This document shows, in pieces, positions 17,520 through 27,400 of a stretch of DNA of 64,000 nucleotides. Made by a program: the position numbers and the translations under genes. The stretch spans positions 2,057 to 66,056 of the IMG/VR virus record IMGVR_UViG_3300045973_000093; one strand, given 5' to 3'. Every line of letters begins with the position of its first letter. Position 1 is the stretch's first letter. Source of the stretch: a virus. Taxonomy: Duplodnaviria; Caudoviricetes. The notes under the pieces were generated by a model. That model was not told where the DNA came from. It saw nothing but the letters and a program-made list of their open reading frames with translations, and did not search any database.

Positions 17520-18473
17520 ATGACCACCTCAGTAGACGCAATCATCGACCGCGCCGTCTCCATCGGCAACGACCGTGCGACGCAGGCCTCGCAGTACGCA
17601 CAGACTGCGATAGAGGCCTCTATGGGGTCGGTCTCGCTGGTCGCCCCGCAGATTAACACCGTGATAAAGGTTGTAGAGCCGAAGATCCCAGACCAGACCG
17701 ACGTGATGAACCAGATCTACAACCCGATAGCGCAGGGGTTGATGCAGAAGTTTGCGGACGACCTGAACACGTTCTTCACGACTTACTTCCCGCTGGACCG
17801 AGAGCTGATGCCTGCGGCTGAGGCCTGGATAAAGAACGCCATCGTCAACGGCGGCAGTGGCATCAATGCTGCTGTGGAGGATCAGATCTGGCAGCGCGAA
17901 CGCGAGCGCCAGACGCTCGCTGCTGCTTCGGCTGCGGATCAGGCTGCGGCGCAGTGGGCCGCTAAGGGCTTCCCGCTGCCGCCCGGTGCTGCGGTCGCTG
18001 CCGTCGCGCAGATCCAACGAGACCGTGACCTGCAGATCTCCGACAGCAGCCGCACTCGCGCCATCGAGAGCTGGAAGATGGAGTATGAGAACGTCAAGTT
18101 CGCCATCACGCAGGCCATCGACTATCAGGTCAAAGCCATCGCGGCTGCGGGTGAATATCTGAAGCTCATGGCCCTCGGTCCTCAGCTCGGAGCACAGCTT
18201 GCCAGTACCGTGGCAAATGCGCAGTCCATGATGACGAATGCTATGGCTTCGTTCTTCGGCTCGCGCATCCGGCTGCAGGAGGTCTTGCTTGAGAAAGACA
18301 AGACAAATGCAGGCCTGAGCATGACCACTATGTCGAAGCAGTCGGACGTCTGGGTGGCGGGCATTCAGAACCAGACAAGCGCTGCGGTGGCTGTGGCTCA
18401 GAGCCTCGGTCAACAGGCGTCGTCTGCCCTCAACGCAGTGAACGCCACGGCCCAAAACATCGTCAATTCGTAA
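17520..18473 (+). CDS. Helical virion (probable ejection) protein
   Basis: Ala/Gln-rich helical; W.R.RER...WAAKGFPLPPGA motif. Confidence 0.6.
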   Translation: MTTSVDAIIDRAVSIGNDRATQASQYAQTAIEASMGSVSLVAPQINTVIKVVEPKIPDQTDVMNQIYNPIAQGLMQKFADDLNTFFTTYFPLDRELMPAAEAWIKNAIVNGGSGINAAVEDQIWQRERERQTLAAASAADQAAAQWAAKGFPLPPGAAVAAVAQIQRDRDLQISDSSRTRAIESWKMEYENVKFAITQAIDYQVKAIAAAGEYLKLMALGPQLGAQLASTVANAQSMMTNAMASFFGSRIRLQEVLLEKDKTNAGLSMTTMSKQSDVWVAGIQNQTSAAVAVAQSLGQQASSALNAVNATAQNIVNS

Positions 18474-18476
18474 GAC

Positions 18477-18503
18477 TTGACAAGGCCATATAGGACGTAA
18501 AAT
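18477..18503 (+). promoter_or_regulatory. Candidate sigma70 promoter for the membrane-protein gene
   Basis: TTGACA (18477-82), 15-bp spacer, TAAAAT (18498-503); spacer is shorter than optimal. Confidence 0.4.
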
Positions 18504-18933
18504 GACGGGCATGTTCAAAGAGATCGCCTTCGACAGCCGCCTGCTGTGGTTTGGAGCCGCAATGGGTGTCCTGACGTTTGTTCTCAATGCGCTTGACGGT
18601 CATGTTTTTCTCGGGCTGCTCACCGGCGCAGCCGTCGGAGTCCTTGCGCAGATCGCGCTGACCGTCGTCCTCACCCCCATTGCTTACTACCAAATGTGGC
18701 GCATTCAGTATGCGCTACCTCTGTGGCAGATCGCCTGCCTGTATGCGGTCGGGCTGGCACTCGTAGTCGCGTACTTTTTCGCGGTGTCATCGCTTGAGCG
18801 ATTTACGGTCGGACGATTGCTGATTGCTTTACTGTTCCCGGTCGGTCTTATCGCCGCCTACATCGAGTGGCAGGCCCGCAAGAAGCGAACGGTGCTGGAT
18901 GTAAGCAAGAGCCGCGAACTACAGTTGAAATAG
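18502..18933 (+). CDS. Four-TM membrane protein, moron-like (start may be 18511)
   Basis: Four hydrophobic segments and a basic C-tail; sits between virion genes. Confidence 0.7.
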   Translation: MTGMFKEIAFDSRLLWFGAAMGVLTFVLNALDGHVFLGLLTGAAVGVLAQIALTVVLTPIAYYQMWRIQYALPLWQIACLYAVGLALVVAYFFAVSSLERFTVGRLLIALLFPVGLIAAYIEWQARKKRTVLDVSKSRELQLK

Positions 18934-18938
18934 GAATC

Positions 18939-18966
18939 AGCGCCTTCGGGCGCTTTGCTTTACTTT
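18939..18966 (+). terminator. Terminator with UUCG tetraloop
   Basis: AGCGCC-TTCG-GGCGCT then TTGCTTTACTTT. Confidence 0.65.
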
Positions 18967-18970
18967 GAAA

Positions 18971-18983
18971 TCTAACGGAGTCT
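18971..18983 (+). promoter_or_regulatory. Phased TCT motif
   Basis: TCTAACGGAG-TCTGAC-ATG(18987). Confidence 0.55.
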
Positions 18984-18986
18984 GAC

Positions 18987-21407
18987 ATGAGAGAAACACA
19001 GATACTGCGAGGACTACACAAGGCCCGCAATGCAGCCTCCGCAAAAGGTTTCAGCGGGAAGTCACCTATCCACAGTCTTCGCAGTGGTAGTGCCTCGCTC
19101 CAAGGACCGGGTACGACTACGTCAGACTCCATCTACGCGAACCTGTCTAAAGGCGAGGCCGTGCTGCCAGCCAAGACTGTCCAGGCGCTAGGTGTTCAGA
19201 ACGTAGCGGCCATGATCAAGCACACAACCGGCACGGCCCCGTCCCAAGGACTGCGTGCAGGCGGTCACTACAGCGGGGGTGCGCTGCCGCAGATCGACCC
19301 GAACATGCTGCCGCAGAGCAAGGCAGTGCCTCCTGTCGGAGCGCCTGCCGCGTCGCCTCAGTACCTCGACCCCAGCTTAAAGGCACCCGCTACCGGCGCA
19401 CCCAGCGGCGCACAACCCAGTGCTGCGTACGAAGAACAAGTGCGCAACTGGTCGAAGCCACAGCCTAAGATCCCGGTGCAGCCCACGCCAATGAGTACCG
19501 GCCCGACGATTGACGGCGCGTCTGGAGCGCCGAAGCCAGTCGAACCCGCAGCCCCGCAGAGCGCTTGGCAGAAGGCCAAGAGCTTCGTTACTGGCGGTGG
19601 CGAAGCCGCAGCCGAAGCCTCCGCTGCACCGAAGGGGCTCGGTGCTCGTGCGCTCGGGGTAGGGGGCAAGTTGGCGAGCGGCGCAGGCAGGTTGGCTATG
19701 GCCGCAACACCAATCGTCGGCGCAGTGCAAGCGGCCAACGATAGCGACGAGAACGTGAAGAACCTAGCCGGTAGCGTCGGTCTGGACTACAACACAGATA
19801 GCGGTCGCGTCGGGGCCAACGTGGTGAATTTCCTCGACAAGACTGGTAACGCAGCTACGTTCGGCTTGGCAGGCGCTGCAGGTCGTGCAATCAGCAACAA
19901 GTTAAATCGCGGGTCTTGGTTTGCGGACGCCGCCGCGCCAGCCCCAGCCGGACAGCCAGCGGACGCCGCCGCGCCAGCACCATCAGCCCCGGCTAACCAG
20001 ACCGCAGATACATTCAAACGTCTTGGCATGTTGAACAGCCCTCAGCAGGGCGCAGGACAAGGACCGCGTGGCGACGGTGGAACTGATCTGACGGCAGCAC
20101 TCAGAGACGTGCCTCGTGATCTGCCCGCGAATATGGCCGACGGCGCAATCTACAAGACCGTCGGTGCGCATGGTGAGCCGGTCTACAGCGGGCGTAACGT
20201 CGGACTCAATCCGACGTTCCTCAACGGTAAGGGTGAGAGCTTCACGCCGCGTGGCAGTGTCGTGGACGCAGCCGCAGGTGCGCCGGTCGCTATGGGGCCA
20301 AATGGTAGCTACGCTGTCACGCCGTCGACGAAGGGCGCAGCGGCCCCGACCGCGCCCCAAGCACAGGGCGCGGCGGACCAGCCCCAAGCACCGGGTGCGC
20401 AGTACGCAGCACCACGTGGCGGTCTTGGCGCAGCCGCTGGCTCACCCGCTGTGTCGGCAGCACTTCAAGCGGCAGCACAGCGTGGCGACTGGGACTCCAT
20501 ACGCGAGCACTACCAGCAGAATGGCGGCACGTTTGCTGGTCAGAATGCACAGCAGACGCAACAGGCTCAAGGTGGCGGCGGCAACGGTGCGGGCGACCTG
20601 CTGCTCAACACGATCCGTGGCGGTCTCGCCAAAGGCCAGACCATGACACGCGCAAGTGCCGAGGCGCTGGGCAACCTCAACCACTCAGACAAGACATACC
20701 GTTCGTCGATGTACGGCCACGACCGTGCGTACGACTCGTCGATGTACGGACATGACGTCGCCCGCGAAGGCAACCAGCTCAGCTATCAGAGCAACATGGC
20801 TCTGCGCAAGTTGGAGCTGGCGAAGATGAACCATCAGTTCTCTAAGGAAGGCGCTGAGGGCTTCGATGCAGACAACAAGAAGTCCACATTCGCCACCCTC
20901 AAGGACGACAAGGGCGTGCCGCAAGCAAACGAGGCGATGGCGAACGAGCTGGGTCAGTTCATGAAATCCAATGCTGGTACTGATGAGAATGGCGTGCCGC
21001 TGGAGACGTTGAAGTCAATGAACCCACACAAGTACAACGCTATCCGTTCTGCGGCTGAGACTCAGTACGGCATTGGTAAGGTCTTTAACAAGTATGCGGG
21101 CACCACGATGTTCGGTGAACCTAACGGCTGGGCCGCACCAAAGATCACCGACATCCGCGAAGGACGTATGTCCGACTTCCCCAAGGGTGTCGGCATCGGC
21201 CAGTCGCTCGTGAACAGTACCGGCGTGCTGGGCGGGACCAAGTACGGCAAGGTCGTTGAAGTGAATGTCAACGGTACCAAGAAAGCAGTTCCGCTGAATG
21301 AATTTCTGAGCGATCAGAACGGCGGACAGTACAAGGCCTACTTGAACCAGTGGCTGCGACAGAACAACAGAAAACAGCTAGGCGACGACATCACCTCCGG
21401 GAGCTAA
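18987..21407 (+). CDS. Internal virion/DNA ejection protein
   Basis: 806 aa, Pro/Ala/Gln low-complexity; N-terminal GPGTTTSDSI.A.LSKGEAV motif. Confidence 0.6.
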   Translation: MRETQILRGLHKARNAASAKGFSGKSPIHSLRSGSASLQGPGTTTSDSIYANLSKGEAVLPAKTVQALGVQNVAAMIKHTTGTAPSQGLRAGGHYSGGALPQIDPNMLPQSKAVPPVGAPAASPQYLDPSLKAPATGAPSGAQPSAAYEEQVRNWSKPQPKIPVQPTPMSTGPTIDGASGAPKPVEPAAPQSAWQKAKSFVTGGGEAAAEASAAPKGLGARALGVGGKLASGAGRLAMAATPIVGAVQAANDSDENVKNLAGSVGLDYNTDSGRVGANVVNFLDKTGNAATFGLAGAAGRAISNKLNRGSWFADAAAPAPAGQPADAAAPAPSAPANQTADTFKRLGMLNSPQQGAGQGPRGDGGTDLTAALRDVPRDLPANMADGAIYKTVGAHGEPVYSGRNVGLNPTFLNGKGESFTPRGSVVDAAAGAPVAMGPNGSYAVTPSTKGAAAPTAPQAQGAADQPQAPGAQYAAPRGGLGAAAGSPAVSAALQAAAQRGDWDSIREHYQQNGGTFAGQNAQQTQQAQGGGGNGAGDLLLNTIRGGLAKGQTMTRASAEALGNLNHSDKTYRSSMYGHDRAYDSSMYGHDVAREGNQLSYQSNMALRKLELAKMNHQFSKEGAEGFDADNKKSTFATLKDDKGVPQANEAMANELGQFMKSNAGTDENGVPLETLKSMNPHKYNAIRSAAETQYGIGKVFNKYAGTTMFGEPNGWAAPKITDIREGRMSDFPKGVGIGQSLVNSTGVLGGTKYGKVVEVNVNGTKKAVPLNEFLSDQNGGQYKAYLNQWLRQNNRKQLGDDITSGS

Positions 21408-21410
21408 GAC

Positions 21411-24400
21411 ATGGCCGTAATCACTCCACTGGGCGGCAACACGGCTCTCACCCCGGTCACCCAAGCACCGGACGGATACCCGGTTGAGAACGAACAGGGT
21501 GGGGCGCTCAATCAGGCCGCACGCAGTCTGAAGTCCTCACTGCTGAGCGGTGACGCCAACAGCGCCGCACACGATTACTTCGACGCGCTATCAAAGGGCG
21601 ACAGGAAGAAAGCCAAGCAGCATGGTCTGCGTGCTCAGCAGCTCATGCAAGAGGCTTCGGACGCAGCACCGCGTGTGCAGTCCTTGGGCGACGTGCATGG
21701 TGCGGGCGATGCGGGCGACTGGCTGGCAGCGCAGGCCGGTGCGGCACCGATGGCTGTCGCCAAGCCTGTGCTCGGCGGTCTGGCTGGCGCAGCGGTAGGT
21801 GCTTTCCACGGTGGCGCGTCCGGCGCAGCAGTAGGCGGCACGCTCGGCGGTCTGGGTGCGATGTACCCAGACATGCGCAACGCTGCAATGATGGAACACA
21901 TGCAGGCGCTTGACGGGCAAGACCCGACACAAACGCAGGCACAGGAGGCTCTGAACCAAGGATCGTGGCAAGCAGTGGGGCAGACGCTGCCCTACGCCAT
22001 TGCTCCTGAGATCGGAGCCGCAGGGCGGGTGTTCGGCGGTAAAGCCGTGCTACCCGCCGCAAAGAGTCTCACTGGGAGCTTAACTCGTGGCGCTGTTCTC
22101 CAGGGCGGTGCGGGAGCGGCTTCCAGTGAGATCGGTCATAAGTTCCAAGACCAGTACAACCCCAACCGCGACAAGTCTCACGACGCGATGGCGAACATCG
22201 ACGCAGCGGCTGGCAATGCTCTGATCGGCGTGCCCTTCGAGGCCGTCGGTCATGCGGGGCAGGCTGTACACGGTACTCTGGACGCAGGACTCGATCTCGG
22301 TGCCAAGGGCGCAAAGGTGGCGGGCAAAGCCGCGATGGCGCTCGGTGGCAAAGGTGCAGAGGCAGCTAAGCAGGCGTGGGACAACCGCCCCAAGGATCTG
22401 ACCGAAGCAGCAGTGCGTACGGGTGAGGCCGCAGCCGACGCCCACACCGCTGTGGAAGACGCATTCACACGCTTCACTCAGCGCGGCAAGGACGCCGACG
22501 TGGACACACTCCTCAAGCCTCAAGGCAAGGACATGGACCAAGCTACTTGGCGTGTCGACACCGCTGATAAACATAAAGCGACCTCTAACGTAGTCGATAA
22601 GATCTCGCGAGATCCAGGCTCGTACCCAGACTTCGTGCGGCAAGCCGCCGAGGACTATGCCAACAGCTCGAAGATGGGCGAGTCGTGGCGTCCTGTGCGC
22701 GATGCCATCAACGATTGGAAGCGCTCTGTAGACATCGCTGACTCCATCACTGAACTGTCGAATCACGTCGCCGACAAAGGCGGCAAGCTCGCAGCCGATG
22801 TAGCCAAGGCCGGTGAAGCGGTGAAGGACGCCTACCAAGGTCGTCGCGACACGCGCAGCAACGCGCAAGCACCTGATGACAAGTTCATCCCTATCTTGGC
22901 TGACGCCATTGCCCCGCACTTAGGACTGCGTACTGAGGCTGTGCAGCAACGTGTTGCGCCTGTAGCAGCACGCGCTCTGCACGACTGGATCGCCGGAGGC
23001 ATGGCTGACCGCGACGGCAGCATAGCGGCACCCCGCAGTCTCTTGCGCCTGCTACCCAAAGACCCAATCAACGGTCTGTCAAAGGTCATCGACCTGATGC
23101 ACCGCCAGGGCGTGATAGACGCCGTTGACTACAAGAACAAAGCCGCTGTGCTGAAAGACGCGCAGCAGCAGATCCACACCACCAGCAAAGTGGTGGGCCT
23201 GTTGAAAGACCGCCTGCTGCCGACTGAAGAAGCGACGATGGACCCAACGCAGCGCCGCAGTCTGATCGATGCGATGGCGACCGGCAAGCTCGACGAGAAG
23301 ACGGCCGACAAGTGGTTCGGCCCCAACGCTGGCAACGTGCTCGACGACCTGAGCAACATGGGGCTGTACAAGCGCCAGAAAGACATCGTCGGCACTACCG
23401 CCGAGCACGTCCCCGGCGAAGAACCCAACACGGTGGTCGAGCGCCACGAATACCACCACTACCGTGAGGCACGCGGCGATAGTCCTGCCGAGCCGTACCG
23501 CCGCAAGGGCTTCTCAACGCCCGATCCTGAGACCGGCGAGATGACGTCGCATGACGAGCACGCCGCAGCCAGACAGCAGAAGCTGCAAGACGTGAATAAG
23601 TCCGCCGTGCAGAAAGTCGGCTACCTCGACTACCTGCGTGAGCAGTACGGTCACGACCCAGAAACCCTGATGGGGCACGCCACGGAGTTCATGTCTCGCA
23701 AGCAGGACGAGATCATGAAGATCAAGGGCAAGGGTTCGCCGGACGAGAAGGCCAACGCCAACTGGTACGTGCTGCGCGAGACACTGGCTGGTGACCGTGG
23801 CGAGGCCACGAACATCGACCCCAAAGAGTTCGCTACGCTGGGCAAGACCAGCAAGTGGGCCGAGCAGGTAAACCATGACGAGTACGGCACCATCAAGAAG
23901 GGCCGTATCTGGCTGGAGCGCAAGAACGCCGACGGCACTGTGTCGCAGTTCGCTACCTCCACCCACAAGATCATCCAGAACATGCTCTCACGCAGCAAGG
24001 CTGAGGGCGGCGGCAGCGAGATGAGTGGTCTGGCCGGGCAGCATCGACTGCTCATGCAGGGCTTGTCGGGGCTGGCCGAGAACGAGGCGCTGACAGGGCG
24101 CATCGGCTACAAACTGCGCGACAACCAGAAAGAACCGACGTGGCTCGGCAAGAACGGCAAGCTGCCGCCTGAGCTGCCCATGCTGGGCAACAAGGGCACG
24201 CTGGGTGCTGCAGAGAAGCTGGCGCACAACGCACTCAAACGCGAGATAGTGCGCTCGACCGAGACACAGGAGCGCCAGGAAGCAGCACAGGTCGCCGAGC
24301 AGCCCAAGCCCGCGACGGCACGTGACAAAGCCGCTGTAGCTGCTACCGAGGGCGCTGCACTGCGTGCTTCGAGCGTCGTGCGTAGTGGCGTGGCGAACGC

Positions 24401-27400
24401 TGCGGCGTTCCTACGCAACACAGCCAAGGGCAGCATCGAACGCGCAGCTTTGATCGACGGACTGCGCACCATAGAGCGCACAGCGCACCGCGACGGCCTG
24501 TGGGACAAGCTGGTGCCGACAGAGCGCGGGCAGGCCAACGACTTGCAGGCTCGCAACGAGATGATCAACACCATCCAGAAGCGTGCCCGCAAGCTGCTGG
24601 AGTTGTTCGACGACGCGACGCACGTCGGCAAAGGTGCTGAGAAACAGAGCGAGCGTGCCTCTGTTGATCTGCGCCGCAGCAAGTACCCACCTGCCGAGAC
24701 ACCAGCCGGTGAGATCGAGCAGATGAGCAAGCAGAAATCCAAGACGACCGCGCCTGAAGATGGCGGCACTGAGAAGCCTCGCACTCACGACGAGCACACC
24801 GGCAATCGGGTCGGCGAAGAAGGTCGCCAGATGCAGCGCAAGGATCAGGTCGCATCGCAGGATGCTGCACGCGTCTTCGGCGACGCCCACAAAGACTTGA
24901 AGTTCCGCCCGCTCTCGGGTGCTGAGAACGAAGCAGTCAAACAACACCTCGATGAGCTTCGTGATCGGCTCGGCGATGCTATGCCAGAAATCGCTGGCGT
25001 CGCAGTTACGGACCACAACGGCTGGGCCGGTGAAGCGCACACGCCCACTGAAGGCAAGCACTACATCGCGCTATCTAGCAGCGTGTTCGACGACAAGACG
25101 CCGATGCTAGGTTCGACTGAAGGTAAGGTCGAACGTGCCATGCTGCACGAAGTGGCGCACGCGTACGACCGCAACGACGATAGTATTTCAAATCAGTCCG
25201 CGCACTTTCAAGACAGCGGGAAGTTTCGCAAAGAGATGCGCGACGCGATGGCGCGACGCGAAGATCTGCACGATTGGTACTCGTACGTCGACGGCGCTAA
25301 GGACGCCGCTCGCGAACTGTACGCGCAGGCATTTACACTCTATCACTACGCACCGGAGGTGATGCAGCATGAGCAACCAGAAGCCTACAAATTCTTCAAA
25401 GCACACGACAACGCCGTATGGAAACCAGTTGCCGATGGGCGGGCCAGCGAAGAAATACGTGCTCAAGCCGGGACAGAAACCGATCTACGGTCGGACACCC
25501 GCCAAAGCGCCCAAGACCCAGCCCGCGCATTCGGCAACGACACCCAAGTAGCGGCGTCGAAAGAGGAACAGGCCAAGTTCCACGAAGACATCGCCCGCCG
25601 CCTCGGCCCGGGCATGCAGTCTGCGCTTGAGCAGAACCTGTACGGCAAGAACGCCATCGGCAAGAAGATCCCAATCTCAGGCGAGTGGTCGCAAGGTCTG
25701 ATTAAGGCCTCTGTGTTCGCCAAGAACCTGGGGCAGATCGGTGCGCACGAGTCGTTCCATGAGTTCTTCAACCGTTTGAAGGACCAGCCCCAAGCCGCCA
25801 AGGTGATGGACATCTTGAACAAGGCTGCGGACTCTCCCTACATCCAGCGCCAGCTCGAACGCTTGCTGGACGGCGAGATGGAAGCACTCAAGCAGATCAA
25901 GAAGGGCGCACCGCACTACCTCGAAGAGCGTCAGGCCTACATGTTTCAGTTTCACCAAGCTGGTCTCTTGAAGATTGGCCCTGAGACAGAGACCACATTC
26001 CAGAAGATCGCCCGTGTCTTCCGCACTATCACCGGCATGCTCACCAACGACCAGAAGGCCGACCGCATCCTGCGCTCCTTCGACCGTGGTGAGATGCGCG
26101 GCGCCGACGCTGCTGCGCGTGTGCTGCACAACAACATCGAAGCACGCGAGAACATGTACAAGGCCGTGAACTCAGCACTGAGTCCTGCGCTCACAAAACT
26201 CAGCCGCGTCGTGAACACCGCCGAGACGAACCTGCGTGCCAACGGCTACGACGACGTGCGCCGCATGTTCAAACGCAGCGTGGGTGAGTCTGGGCCTCAA
26301 GGGTTTCTGGACGCCAAAGACCATCAGATGAAGCAGTGGTCTAACAAGGTCGCACAGATTTTCGACGGACTCCATCCGAAGGACTTAGAGCTGGCCGCAC
26401 CCTACCTGCACTCAGGTGAACGTGCTACGGACCCAGCAGTCATGCGCCTCAATGCTCTACTCAAGGGCGGTAAGGTGGGTGGCAAGCAGGTCGAGGGTCT
26501 GCTGCCAGCCATGCACAAGTACCTGAACGAAGCAGGTGTGAAGCTGTGGGTGCCTGACAAGCTCGACCCGACGAAAGGTTCTTGGGAGCCGATGGGCCAC
26601 GTAAAGAACTACTTCCCGCGTGTGCTCGACACGTCCCAACTCGTGCAGCGCGGCGATGAGTTCGCCACCGACCTCATGAAGCACAACAGCGCAGAGCTGA
26701 ACAAGATGGCCGCAAGCATCAACGCTGAGACCAAGGACAAAGAAGGATTCGTGCCGACCACTGGTGAAGCACTGGCGAAGGCGATCACGAACCGCATGAT
26801 TCAAGGTTTTGGTCAGGCCGACCTCAGCGAGACCAGCAGCGCCGTAGGCTTCAGCCCGTTCATGCAGGCTGTGAACCGCCGCACGTTGGAGTGGCTGCAC
26901 CCAGAGGTCTTGAAAAAGTGGGGCGAGAAGGATGTGGCGAAGATCCTGAACTCCTACGTGGCTCAGGGCGTCAAGCGTGCCGAGTACGTGCGCCGCTTTG
27001 GTAACGGTGGTGAGAATCTGAAGGCGGCACTCGAAGCAAAGTATGAAGACCACGTGCAGAAGCTGGTCGACGGCGGCATGAAGAAAGAGGAAGCCGAAGC
27101 CAGAGCACTCAAGGTCGCAGCCAACGCAGCCAAGGACGTGATGGCGATGGAGGGCACGCTGGGCTACAACATCAGCAACGGCATGCGCCGGTTCCAGAAC
27201 TCAGCGATGGTGTACGAGAACATGCGCACGCTCTCGATGAGCTTGTTCTCTCAGTTCATCGACCCTATGAACATGGTGGTGCGCGGCAGCACGATGGGCG
27301 ACGCATGGAGCGCATACAAGCGCGGCATGCGTGAAGTCGCAGCCTCCATCAAGGGCGAGCACATCAAGGATCTGGACAGCATGATTGCTGACCAAGTGGG

